Below, in pieces: positions 1 to 12,519 of a stretch of DNA of 64,000 nucleotides. A program made the position numbers and the translations under genes. Positions within the stretch are counted from its first letter, which is position 1; every line of letters starts with the position of its first letter. The stretch lies in contig CM039007.1 in NCBI GenBank assembly GCA_017499595.2, positions 1,922,001 to 1,986,000 on the forward strand, in the 5' to 3' direction. The notes below the pieces were generated by a model. That model saw nothing but the letters and a program-made list of their open reading frames with translations, was not told the origin of the DNA and searched no databases. The DNA is from Psilocybe cubensis. Its lineage: Eukaryota.

Positions 1-540
1 ATAAAAGACCTGCGGCGCGAGGACCACGACCGGACCATATATATGAGGTTGTTCCCCTCGACTGCAACATTTAAACGAAAATTAACGTTTTAGCCCTTCA
101 ACAGGATGGCGTTGATGCAATCATCGGCAGATTTAAAAAGTCTCTGTTTACCTGGATCGAAACCATTCCTGAAATCCAAGGGTCAGATATCTCGAATGGA
201 AACCGAATGTTGTTGATTATATCGTGTATGCATACAGTCTTATATTTGTCCATTTTCATCCTTTAACCCCTTGTCTCGATTTCATTTAGCAACCTGTGTA
301 ATGGCAGAGTATACTCTCCACCAAAGTTCCTGGGCGCCACATGCGCACGCGGATAAGTTTCTCCAAGACAAATTCGCAACCAGCCAGCTCCGAGCTTTTC
401 TAGAAACTGCAACTAGTAAAATATGGACGAGCCATCTAAAATCATCACGCAAAGATTTAATTCTGACTTTGGGAATGCTGACCCAAGCTATAGAGCACGC
501 TGTCTATATAATCAATCTTGTAAGTTCTTTATCGCCATGA
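1..540 (+). CDS. 3' end (last three exons) of a gene whose C-terminal domain is homologous to that of the kinase at 12819-15972; truncated by the window edge
   Basis: Spliced translation KRPAARGPRPDHIYE | DGVDAIIGRFKKSLFTWIETIPEIQGSDISNGNRMLLIIS | STCVMAEYTLHQSSWAPH...SSLSP* aligns to kinase-gene exons YKSYNSRAGQRPDYVFK | DRVKSSVKGFKRSLLLWIDNIPSLRGADILNGYRTLLFIV | GTCAMGEHAYRQNPDAPH..., with matching intron positions and phases. Confidence 0.8.
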
Positions 541-719
541 CTCAGACTTACTATTCTGAAGTTTCATCGTGCTAGCCTGAGTATGTAATGGTAGTCAACA
601 AACCCAATGTAGAATACAACAATGCTTGATCCAACTTGTATTATGACTGACATGCAAGTGACCTGTAGATGATCTTAGTGAATTTAATTGGTTTGAAGTT
701 AGGTTTAGAAAGGCACCGA

Positions 720-749
720 TATGTCGGACATTTAAATTTCGCGTTGTAA
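720..749 (+). repeat. Left terminal inverted repeat (degenerate, ~30 bp including the TA flank)
   Basis: tatgtcggacatttaaatttcgcgttgtaa versus the reverse complement of 12520-12549 (tatgtcgcacattctatttattgattgtaa): 12 of 13 outer bases match, plus TTGTAA at the same spacing. Confidence 0.6.
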
Positions 750-1027
750 TCCTTTCGGGGTGCCAATATTATTAAAATATACCTATAACGGGCCGAATTC
801 ATTCCAGATGTATTGGAATAGTGGGTTTCCCGTTGTATTACTTAACTTATTTATCAACAGCATTAGAACTTATCCGGAGCGTTGCAACGGCATTCCAACT
901 GGGTGGAAATAGAGTGCCAACGTTGGTATAGTGCTTGTTCAACCACGGAGTCTCATACCACATTTCCCTTCTTGTTCTATCTCTCTGGCTCATCAAATCA
1001 GCTGTTGTATTTCTATATCTATCTGTC

Positions 1028-4000
1028 ATGTCTCCCTCCGCTTCGGATTCTAGCCAGAAACCCCAGAAGAGTGGACAATCTGAGTGTCCAATATGCCACA
1101 GGAGCTTCAGTGTGACTGGCTTCACCCTCCATTATCGGTCTTGCTCCAACAAACAAGAAGAAAAGAGATTAAGAAGGGATTTCAAGAATCAAGAGAAACT
1201 CAAGGGAGAGGGGGCACATTTACAAGGTATGTTCCACTGTGTATCTTCAATTGATTCTGCTCTTAATCATTTACCGCCTATTCCATCTATCTATGCACAC
1301 CGTCTACTACCTACTACCACCTATCGCCTGTCGTCTACCGCCTATTGTCTGTTGTTTATGGCCTATCGCCTGCCGTCTACTGCCTGCCACCTGCCACCTG
1401 CTGCCTGCCGTCTATTGCTTACGGTGTATTTACCCTCCTACGCCGTCACCTAACATCACATACGCCGCCCGTTGTCTACCATTGTCATCGTCCGTCTAAC
1501 GTTTACTGCCTACCTACCACATACACTGTCAACCGCCTATTACTGTCCACCTAACATCTGCCATCCATCGTGTCTACCTTACCGCTGCCGTCGTGTAGAT
1601 ATACATGCAGAAGAAATCAAAGAACACCATCCTTTCAGATTTTGGAAACACGTTGGTAGAATAGGTATGTCATACAAATACTTCTACAGGTGGTTTATCG
1701 TTTCATTTTTATTGTTTAAAGAACCAGAAGAAGAAAGAACGGCCGGCACTCCTCAGAACCCTGCGGCGCAAGATTCTTGCTCTTTTCTTTCTGATGATTT
1801 CGGAGAGGAGGAGGAGGACGCCAATGACATTACCACATCAAATTTGCAACAGCACTGTTTCCGCGACATCAAGATTGTGCACCACCCACATTCCCGCAGG
1901 CCAGATGAGATTATGTCTCTCGAGCGGTATCACGCTAAGCTTTCATCGAAGCCTAAAGTTTCGTTTCAACCACCACAGGACCCCTTCTTACCTTTCAGTT
2001 CTCGCGCTGAATTTGAGTTTGCAGAGGTAGCACTCAAGGCAGCTCTCAACAAATCCGAGGTGGATGCTTTAATCCGAATTATCCAACGCTGTGTTCGGGG
2101 AGAAGATAAGTTCGAGCTTTATGATCATGACCAACTTTTGAGGATTTGGGATGAGGGATCTGTCCTGCACACCGCCGTAAGTCCCTTTCCCTTTTTTTCA
2201 TGGCCATGACTATTGGCTAACTAATTACTCTGTTATATGCTGATTAGTTATTACTTATTTAGCCTGAAAAGCATGTAATTTCTTCCGTATATACTGAAAA
2301 TGATATACGCTCCTTCGATTTTTGGTGTCAAAACATATGGGAATGGGTTCTAGAAATTGTTCAAGATCCGTTTCTCTGTGGGCACATGCAATGGGATGCT
2401 CAGCGCACATCTGTATATAATGGAGAAAAGTTTGTTCCCTTTGTTGATGAACCGTATACCGGGACTCGCTTTTGGAATGTCCAAGTAAGATTTGTTTTCT
2501 TTGTAAAGGAATATCCTGAGAATAATTTGTACAATACTAGTCCGAGCTTCCTGAAGAAGGAAAACCTATCTGCATTCAAATATATTCAGACAAAACCCAG
2601 CTTGCCCTATTTGGAAAGGCAAAAGGGTATCCTGTTTTTGTAAGACTGGCCAATCTTTCCGCAGATGTTCGAAATAGCCAGGGACGGGGTGGAGCAGAGC
2701 TGGTCGGGTGGCTACCAATTGTTGGTTACACCCCTTTCTCAATGAAAATTCTGCTTTAATGCTGTCTTTACCTTGCAGGTTCCGGAAGATGAGCATGAAA
2801 AAGGAAAGAAAGGTTACGTAGACTTCAAGCGTGTCGTATGGCATGACTCCTTCAAAAAGGGCCTGGAAAGTATTGCCCAATATTCTAAGACAGGCTATTG
2901 GGCCAAGTGTGGTGATCAGAAAACCCGCTATATGTTTCCATTTGTCTTTCTTTTTGCAGGAGACTATGAAGAACAGTATACATCTTTGTTTTGATGCTGT
3001 TTATCTAATCTAACAGACTATTTTGTTTACTAGGTGTGTTATGGGTCAGAATCGTGGCAAAGATGCTTTAGAGCCTTGTCCTGTATGTCACGTACCCAAT
3101 TCAGAACTCCACAACTGTGGTGTTTTTGATTGGCCTCTTCGAACAGGTATTGAAACAGCGGAAATTGTGGCAAAGGCACAAACCCTTAATGTTACCCAAG
3201 GAGAGGCGCTACTTAAGAAAAATGGCATTCGGCCAATTGAGGTGTGTATGTTTTTTTCTATAACAACATTGCTGGTAAAAATATACAATTTCCAGAATGC
3301 CTTTATGACAGTCCAATTTTCTGATCCCCATGAAATCCTTTCATGGGATCGTATGCACTGCTATTCTCATGGATTAGGAGGGAAACATCTCTGGCCAGCA
3401 GTGCGTACATATATTCGGGCAAGCAAGCAGAGTGGATTGGGTGAACTTGATAAACGGTAAACCACATATGATTGTTAATTAATCTCACAGCTAATATCAT
3501 TATAGGTTCAACAATATGCCGCCATGGCCGGACCTAAAACATTTCGACCAGGTGGTTAGCGTGGACTATACAGATGCAAGCAAGCTGAAAGATATAGTCA
3601 AGGTAGCCAATTTGATACCTGAATTTAATTAAATACACAGTATCTAATATGTCTTTATTTTAGATCCTACTCTTCAACAGCCATGACCTAATAGATTCCA
3701 AAAAGTTCAAAGAAGGTCCCTTGCTTCTTTCATGCCTTCGGGCATATTTGAATTTATTTATGTATACCGGGTTTAATCTTCATACGGCTGAGACTATAGA
3801 AGAAGGAAAACAGGAGATGGTTCGTTTTTCAAATCTTCTCAAGGTTGGATTTCTATATTTTTATCTGCAGCTTTATTCATTTAATTATACCAATCTCAAT
3901 TTTTAGAAGTATTCTTTGAAGTCAACCCTGCAGTCTGATAAAACCTGGAACATACCAAAGCAACATCAACATGTCCATGTATGGGCAGACATTATGGCAA

Positions 4001-5035
4001 AAGGCGTAACTCGGACCTATAACTCAAAAATCTTTGAACCCCTTCATGGCCCAATCAAAATCATGTATCGATTTATGATTGATAAAAAAAATGTGGATGC
4101 AGATGTGAGTGTTGTACACCAATTTTAAGTTCTTTATCATAGAATCTGCCGTCTAGATCATGAAGTTTGACCAAATGACCCGGGTGGCGAAAACGATCAG
4201 GTATCAAATCGATTGTTACGATGGAAAATACGATGAGCCTTTGGATGATTTTGATGAAGAGGATGAATGGTCAAGGGAAAATAAAAAGATATCAAAGCTT
4301 GGCTCCTCAAAGGCGCCATCAAATGTTGAAGCAGGCCATATCATCCTTGGATCCGTGCAAAAGAAGAGCTCTTTTGCCTCTGTTGAGAAATCTCACAAAG
4401 AAGATACGGCTTTCCATGGATTTCAGAGACGCTTTCACCAATATGTTTCCAACAGCTTTACTTCAAAGTTTAATCAAATGGATATTGACGATATTATGGA
4501 CTCCACATCTCTGACTACGGTGAATCTGTCTTGATTATATATGTATCTAATAGTTTTGTCCTGACAATTGACTTTCTTCTAATAGATTGTGGAATATCGA
4601 TATCTCAAAGTCAAGTATATTTCAGAGGTCACCTGGAAGCCAGAAATAAACCGGCTCCGATGTAATCCAAACTTCAACAAGAAGCCACGATTTGACAACG
4701 TTCTAGTGAAAGTTGGAGATGGGACTATGATAGCCCAGCTTGTTTTTGTTTTTACTGCACAGATTGGGAAGAATTCATCCCCGTGGGCTCTCATTCATCC
4801 CTTCAACGCATTTATAGGCCAGCCAACCAAATATGAAACGGATCTCCAGCTCTATCGAGTTCATGCCAAAATACGTTCTGCGGCACAATTTATTCCGGTA
4901 GAGGATATAATTCGTGGAGTCATGCTCATTCCGACATACAAGAAAGAAGACGATTACTATATCTTCGATTTAGTTGATGAAGATCTATTTGTACGAGTAC
5001 GTAAACTATGGAACTCTAGGTTAAACACAGTGTAA
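1028..5035 (+). CDS. Plavaka transposase with N-terminal C2HC zinc finger (multi-exon)
   Basis: Zinc finger CPICHRSFSVTGFTLHYRSC. Family motifs PFSSRAEFEFAE, IYSDKTQLALFGKAKGYPV..RLANL..VRN..GRGG..VGWLP, FKRVVWH, AGDYEEQC..RG..PCPVCHVP, WDRMH, IPKQH..H..DIMAKGVT..YNSKIFEPLHG and C-terminal LRCNPNFNKKPRFD. No disablement seen once GT-AG introns are removed. Confidence 0.9.
1270..1598 (+). repeat. Degenerate low-complexity repeat (CCGTCTAC / CCGCCTA / CTGCC units) in the first intron of the transposase gene
   Basis: Many copies of ccgtcta, ccgccta and ctgcc lie between donor gtatgt (1228) and the acceptor at ~1598. Confidence 0.7.
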
Positions 5036-5057
5036 ATCAACTAGAAAATCCTCAAAA

Positions 5058-6607
5058 TTACGCGTCAAATGTGTCAAATGATCCAGAACGCAATTCTTCC
5101 ATTGTGCTAAACAAGCTAAGCCCCAGAGCCCATCTCTTAGGGCGATCTCTCCAAATCTTCTCAAACAACATTGGGTTGTTGGTCCTCAAGTCTTGTTCCG
5201 TCTGAAAATCATAGTCCACCCATTGAAAGAGGCCACCATGGCAGTAATATGTTAAAGATGTTCGCTCCTCATTTTCAGCGATCTTGGTATTTGAGTGACT
5301 GAGGGTTGCAGATGGAAGAAGGATGGTGGATCCTGGAGGAAATTCGATAGCCAAACCAATTTCCCAAACGACAAGATGCCCCCCCTGCTTCGGATCAAAA
5401 CGTCCTAAAGATTGAACAGCGCACCATCCGAAAGGGCAGTTCTTGAGGTCCCGATGTCTAACGGTTTGAGCCTTGGAGATGTTGGTAGACATAGCAGGAA
5501 AAATGCACTTCGGGAAGATCCTCGGAAGGTGGGGCATGCGCGTAAAAAGTTTGTCTAGATGGCGTTTGTAGTAATTGTAGGTTCGGGGGGCCCATGTGGC
5601 AAAAGCGGCTGTAGTGGTGGTAAATCCTCTGTAAAAATGAGAAGATAAAACAGCTTACAGCTGGCGTAGGCCGCCATTCGTTGAAGATCCGGATTTGCAA
5701 ATAGTCCTGCCACAAAGTCTTCATGGGGTCTGCAGTCCAAAGACACAGGTCTGGGTAATCCCTGCCCACGAGAAACCCCAGCGTCAAGGGTTGGATAATC
5801 CCCACGTCGATGGAGTAGATATTTCGAACCAAACTGAATGGGACGGGCGTCCCGGGTGATGGCCTCATAGACCCGTTCTGTGGCAGCATCGTATTGGGGG
5901 TCGTCCGGTCGTCCGGCCAGCACCATAAAGATTTGCTTGTTTGGGGCCACAAAGGCAACCGGCCGCCTACAGATGCATTAGAGAGGTATGGCAGCAAGAA
6001 GGTAGCAGACTCACCTGCCATCCCATTGGTACACATCAAGGCCGAACCCTTTTACCTCCTCTAGGGTATACACCTTGTCCTCCCACTCATCCTCCCTCTT
6101 GGCCTCGTATCCCCCCATCGTGGAGGGCAGTTCCTTCAACTCGATAACGGCGTCTTCAACCTCCACCTTTTCCACCAGTTTCTTCAACTTTTTAGGGCCA
6201 GGTTGGTGACCATGGGTGTCATAGTAATCTTCGCGTCGCATGGCACGAATATGACGGCTTAAATGCCTGCCAGAGGGCCTCTTGCGCTTCTTTGAAGAAG
6301 AAAGTGGCGCTTTGTCGTCGTCGAATGAAGATGTGGCAAAGGGAAGAGGGCCGCCAACTTCAGGTGACGGGGATGGTGTCAAATCCACCAAAGAAGGAGG
6401 ACTGTGGGACTCCAGGGCCTCAGACTCAAAGTCTTGGTCAAGGGCGGCCTCAGCCTTCATGGCCTCCAGAATCATGGAGGGAAGCTGCAGCGCCATAACC
6501 ACCACCTGCTTGCACGCAGAGTACACCCGGCCTGATCGAGTCTGCTGGGAGAGGTGAGAAGAGGTCTGCAGGGTGAAATCATCAAGGGCGCACAGTGTAT
6601 TGGGCAT
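5058..6607 (-). CDS. TET/JBP-family 2OG-Fe(II) nucleic-acid dioxygenase (3 exons)
   Basis: HxD motif (HRDLKN), GWCAVQSLGRFDPKQGGHLVVWE, IEFPPGSTILLPSA, distal His (SHSN), RxS (ERTS) and GGLFQWV. Two GT-AG introns (~6014-5967, ~5658-5609) splice in frame. Confidence 0.9.
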
Positions 6608-6915
6608 AATCACAGTCTGACATGACTTAAATGCCTGTGTGCCCGGTTATAATCAGTTTCTGGAGTATATAGGGCATAGACATGATCCCTTGGTCATATG
6701 GCACAGGTTAAGCACCCTCTGAACGTCCAAAACCCCCGGCCCAGGGATGATCCTTGGTTTTTTGGACGTCCGAAGGGGTAGAGCAACCCGGCCATGTGGC
6801 CAGGAGTGAAATGTGCATAAAATGTAGGGGATTTACCTGTGAAATTTACCGGCGAGACGCAGTGAGAGGTGCCAACGCAACGGCGGAGAGGATTGGGAGG
6901 ATGACGGGGCGGACA

Positions 6916-6965
6916 GAGCCCGATGTGATGTGACTTCCATGAGCCCGATGTGATGTGACTTCCAT
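6916..6965 (+). repeat. Perfect 25-bp tandem duplication
   Basis: gagcccgatgtgatgtgacttccat occurs twice in tandem. Confidence 0.95.
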
Positions 6966-7020
6966 GACCTTCACAAGTTTTCACACCCGGATGTCTGCTC
7001 TCTACACTCGTCCCGGCTTT

Positions 7021-7860
7021 ATGAACTCGCATGGTGGCTGCGTTGCGTTGGTGAGTTTGCTTTGCTGTGTTTCTTGTTAACGACGGCGCTGACCATGTGC
7101 ACCACAGGTCATGACGACACAGAGCGGACAGCAATGGTGAGTGATAGCCCATTATAAATGTGCCTGTGCTGACCTCGCACCCTTCCCTATGTAGTTTTTC
7201 TTGTAAAACAATGGCGGTGGCAGCCACATGACACACAGACGGGCAGAATGTGGACCAAATGGTAAGATGTGCACAACCCATTGATGACGCACTTGTACTG
7301 ACCCCGCTGTTGTCTGTGCAGAAAGACAAACACGGCGCCACCCACACGATACGGTAAGCTGCACAGTTGTGTGTTTCGCTCACAATGGCGCTGAGGATGT
7401 TTTACACAGTATTGACACTGCAGAACAGGTGGCTACGGTGAGTTGCACCCCCTCGATGACGCGTCTGTGCTAATCCGCGGTTGTTGCTGCGTAGGTTAAT
7501 TTGCATTTCCCGCAAAATTCCAGTCAGGCAGGCAGAACAATGACAACACACCTTAGCGCAGACCGTTCTCACAGCCTCTGCGACATATTCAAGTTGTGTC
7601 TAGCCCACCCACGTTTGTTCTTCATCGCGCCTGCAGAATGGTAAGTTGTGTTTTCATGTCCAACAACGTTGCTAACGATGTGCTGGCATGTGGGGCGGCG
7701 CCAGATGAAGAAGAGGCGGATCCTGAGCCCAATGTGGCAGCGTCGACCTGCTCTGTGAGGTCGCGCGCTTTGTCAGGGAGTTCATGTTCTGAGAGGAACT
7801 TGACTTCACGATCTTGAATACGCAGGACGCCTTTCTCGAGATCGATGCATGCCTAATGTA
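7021..7860 (+). other. Putative spliced micro-exon transcript of uncertain coding potential
   Basis: Run of canonical donors (gtgagt 7051, gtgagt 7137, gtaaga 7262, gtaagc ~7354, gtgagt ~7438, gtaagt ~7641), most followed by a CTRAY-type branch point and a YAG acceptor; exons are 4-70 nt. Confidence 0.45.
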
Positions 7861-8691
7861 CTTTGAGCATGTCAAGTCCTAGCAAAATATTGACATCACG
7901 TCCCTGTTGTGTGTAAAAGGAACCCAAGGGACTTCTTCAACGTTACTGACTCTGGCTCCAGTTCTGAGTTTTCCCCTTCACCACCAGTATCCTCATGCCC
8001 GTCTTCCAGTTCAGAGGAGTCATGACTGTTCCCTGAATGGGACTCTATTTCTTTGTCGTTCATTGGTACTGATTCGTCGTTTTCAGAATTGGAACTGTCA
8101 AATGAAGTATTGGATTCAAGCTGCACCTCAACAGCCTTCATATGACCCCAGCCTCTTTTTATCGACTGTCGCAGCATTATGTTATCAACAGACATGGCAA
8201 TATCATTATTGAGTACGTACTTGCTTGGTTTTAGATCTCACTCGAATTTTTGGCGCAGTAACGCCTCCATCAGGATTCCGCTGCAACGCACTACCCACCA
8301 CGGGCAAGCTTTTTACTGAAATCGGCGATGGATCATTTACCGAGCCGTCGATTACATCTACTTCGTTCGAAGGCTGGGGCCGAGGAGAGGTCGCCCGTCT
8401 TTGCTTCACGACTGGCTCTCCGTTCTCCCCTATACATGGCTAGTCGTGCTCTTCGTGATGTGTTGAGAACATACGAAAGTTTTTCAAAGAGTAACACTTG
8501 TTCCTCTTTCTTGAGTTTTTTATCCGACAAATAAACGTGTATTTGTTAATGTATCCAACTGTATTCCATATGCGCGCACAATGTATTTCTCCAATCTTTT
8601 CTTCTTCTTGCTCGTCCACTTGGATTTGGACTGAGCAGCCAGCTAAACGCATACCATGAGATCTAACGGCTGTCGACGGTTGACGAAACAC
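7672..8691 (-). CDS. Hypothetical multi-exon cargo gene with an acidic/Ser-rich segment; ends uncertain
   Basis: Consecutive minus-strand ORFs (8333-8530, 8206-8409, 7896-8195, 7672-7875) with plausible splice sites between them; no recognisable domain. Confidence 0.4.
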
Positions 8692-9030
8692 ATACTTCCT
8701 GCAGCAACTTTTCCTTTCGTTCCGCCTCCTTCTCTTCTGGTGTTTTGGGGGTCAAAATGGCGGCATTTGCATCACGCTAAGGGCCCCTCCGGGGATAGGT
8801 CTGATTTATCTTTCTTCCTGACCCATGGTGACATTGAAGTGCTAGCCTGTGTAGTATAGATAACAGGTCATTCTAACTATTGGGTGTTTTGGCGGACATT
8901 GATAGAAGAAACGAGCTGTCTCGTGACCGAGTGTTTTCTTCTGGACACCCAATAACACCTTTCTATCAACTTCAATTCCTTTTTCACTTACTGCTCACCA
9001 CCACCACCGCTACCCCCACAAAGAGCTTCA

Positions 9031-9851
9031 ATGCCAGATTCAATCAAGTCCATGGATGACGGTACAGTCGATGTTTTCCAATTATAAAAGATGCATGCTC
9101 ATTTCACAACAGCCGATTATTCAAATCATAATGTGGCAGCTCACTCAGATAATGCAACCTTAGATGGTCCTGGGATCAGGCAGAATAGATTTCTCCGGCC
9201 CCCTTCTATTGGCAACATTGGTGCCAATAAAATATTGCCAAATACCCCAATTGATCAACCAACGTCGATATTATCGCTTAAGGACCTCCAGCTCAGGGCA
9301 CTGGCGGGCGGGCCAATAGCCCTATTCAACCCATATTCTAATGTAAACTACAATCGTGATCAAACAGTCACCCACCACCACCACCGTCGTACTAGATCCC
9401 CCAATCATCTGGGCCACACACGCTCTTTCTCATTGGAGAATAAACACTGTTGCATACTTGAGCCGCGCACTCGTGTACCAGCCCCACCACCAAACACTCC
9501 AGAGCCTGATGTAAACAGGCTTGAGGCAGTTTCTGCCCTAATCAAGCTGTCTCAAATGGTGCTTCAGCCCAACGGCACTTTACAAGACCCAAAGGAGATA
9601 TGCAGGGATGAATTTGCCCACAAAGACCATCTTGGGAGGTGAGTAGTTTTTTCACATCCTACAAACTCAGTCAGTAGCGCACCTCATTAATGCTTGACCA
9701 AATATCACATAGGCAGCCTAAGGACCTGAATCTGAAGAAGGAAGAATCTGTTACTCTGCAAAAGGAGGATCCCGTTGCTACTATTCATCCAAACCGCCAT
9801 CTCAAACGCACATATGCATTTTATGGTGATATTTCTGAACTGGATGTTTGA
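9031..9851 (+). CDS. Hypothetical cargo protein (about 3 exons)
   Basis: ATG at 9031, a short intron, ORF 9091-9642, donor gtgagt at ~9639 and a last exon ending ...HLKRTYAFYGDISELDV*. Confidence 0.45.
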
Positions 9852-10170
9852 CGTTCTCAACGACATCCCTCCTTGTTATTATAACCTCCCAAATTTGTTT
9901 CTTGTCATCATTTTTGTTTGCATAATCATCTAGAAGTTATTTCTCTTCGCTATGTTTTTTGGCTAATCTGCATTGCACTCAACTAATACCCCTTATACAC
10001 TTGCCTCATATCATTGTCTACATCCTGTAACATACTATTAGCTTGACTGTGCTATTGCAAAAAATGTATATAATATCTACCACCGCCGTTTAAAATGTTT
10101 ACATAATGCAAATTGATCCTCTAATCTGGTTTCCGCTCAGCTTGACATTTTTACCAACTACAACCACTCT

Positions 10171-12148
10171 ATGCCGTCGCGAACTCAGCATCCTAAGAAG
10201 CCAGCTCCTGCAAAGAAACGAGATGACGTGCTTAGCAACGATGAATCAAACACCCAGAGCTCAGACTCCAAAGGTGATCTTGACAGCTTTTCTGAAGAGG
10301 ACGATGATTCGGAAATGGACCCCGAAGGACTTTCTGAAGAAATTGCTGCGGCAAGAAATCCCCAGGCCGACAACTGGGTATTCCCTTCTGTAGATCCTGA
10401 AAAGGGAAAGAGGATTGAGTATACCAAGGTTTGTTAAAAGATTGTTCCTTGGCTGATTGTTGACAATTTAATCTACATTCTAGGCATTGAAAAAGGCACA
10501 AATAAAAATCGGAGAGTTACAAGTTACTATTCGTAAGCTCCATATTCGGAATGTTGAGCTGGCGACATATGTTATGAGGTTCAAGAAACAGAAGAAATCG
10601 CAAAAGTCAAAAACGTCTCAGCTATCAAACAAAGATAAGCGGATTGCGCAGCTAGGACGTCGATTTGGAATTATGAATGAACCCTTTGTTCCTCCAGCAG
10701 CATTCTTGGTAGCAAGGCCGTCAACTTTCAGCACGGATGCAAAGCGATATGAGTCTGAAATGTCCCAGCTGAACGGAGTAATCGCTGAGTTGTTTGAGGA
10801 GATTCCAAAAGATCTGCATGGAGACTTAAAGGGATCACCAGATTTTAGGAAGACGGTAAGTGACTTACCGGTAGATTTGGAGATATTCCAGCTAATGTTG
10901 ACCCAGTTTCTGAATGGTCTTCATAGCTGCCGTCGCAGCATGATTCACCAATTGAGATCCACGACAGCCAGCCAGATCTTTGGCTTTTCACAGGCATTTT
11001 ACCAGGTTGACTATGATCGCAAAAATCTGCAACAGTTCCAAAATTTATTAAAGTTACCTGGGGAAACACGGTACTCAAAATTTGCCCCAATCTTGTTTCC
11101 GAACAACCAGAAGAATATGAAATTCATCTTTCGCTCTTGTCATCTGGCCAAGGTGCGTTAAATTCTTAAATTTCTACTTTGTAAAAGACATTACTTACTA
11201 GGCTCTGTATAGATGCTTAAGACGGTTTTGTTTGGTCCATCTTCTTTGAATTCAAAAAAAAAACCATCAGGTAGAACACAGGGAAGAATGTGGGGACTTT
11301 CGGTTGTGACACCAGGGTCTATTGCCCTGATGGCTGTTTGGGTAGGTTTCAAACTTTCAACATTCAAATTTCAGTATATACTACTTACAAAAATCCAGGC
11401 TATATTCCTACACTCTCCCGATAGAGAGTTTGCTTCTGTTGGTGCGATATCCGGCATACCATATGAGCGATGGTATATGCACTTCAAATCTTTTTTAATG
11501 AAATCAGCAGGAAAACCGCACATTCAGAAACTCTTCGCCTGGTGGAATGGTTGGGTTTTCTCCTTTACGGAATCCAAACAGCCGCATGTTGAAGATGAAG
11601 GTAGCAGCGGTATGGAGGAAGCAGAGCTATTCCAATCAGACGCCAGCTCTGATGAAGAATTCAGCAACCACTCAGATATAAAGGAGGCAGAAAGGGAGGC
11701 AGAGGCAGAGAATGCCGCTGTAGTGGCTCAGCTCAGCATGCTTCAAGTCTCGAATACAGATATCCCTGATGTCGAACGGGAGGCTGTCGATGGTAGTCTA
11801 TCACCAGACTCTTTGCTGTCTAATGAAGAAGCCGATGACCAGCCAGCGCCCCCCACCAATCAACTTGAAGATGATAGGATTTCCATTAAATCAAACATTA
11901 CACCAGAAGCCACCAGCGTTCACGGTGAAGAAGCTCTCCAGATGGTTCTAGACAAAACTCCCCAGATTCCGGTCAAAGCCACCGATGGAAAGTTGGACAA
12001 ATCAAAGCAGCAAATAGGACCCAAGGGCAGAAAGAAGAAAGAGGTAACTCAAGCAGAGATTGTCCAAGAGCAATTTGGTGAGAATGGCCTGTCGGAGGAT
12101 GTGTCTACAGAGGCAAGGAAAGGTGGTAGGGCGCTGAGAGCAAGATGA
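10171..12148 (+). CDS. Transposon-associated basidiomycete protein (DUF6698-like helical domain, acidic tail)
   Basis: Spliced ORF with a coiled coil, then LFGPSSL..WGLSVVTPGSIALMAVW|AIFLHSPDREF..GIPYERWY..FKSFL..LFAWWNGWVF. The family assignment is recalled from motif similarity only. Confidence 0.65.
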
Positions 12149-12519
12149 TAGGGTTTCCAGGTTTGATCTTGATTATCTCACGCTTTACTTGTTCTTGACA
12201 AATGCTATTGTGTTCTCCATAATGATCTACTTGCTTTATACAGTTGTTATTATAATGTTTTTGTTGTTTTATGCAAGGTTTATACCTATACCATGTCAAT
12301 ATATCCCCCATCTATTGCGACAATGTTGGAACGGCCTTGTAACGACATTCCAATACCAACATCCTGTTATAACGGGGTTCCAACGCCGACGCCCCGTTCC
12401 GTCCCGTTGCAATTGATCATGTGAGCGTTACATTCTGTGTTACAAGCCAATCAACTGTTTATGGGAATGCGTTGTCACATAGAGGCACCGTTGCCTGAGT
12501 TGTAATGCGTGACACCACG

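Noticed and set aside
1239-1554. Overlapping Cys/Leu/Pro-rich ORFs
   Set aside because: Artefacts of the low-complexity intronic repeat.
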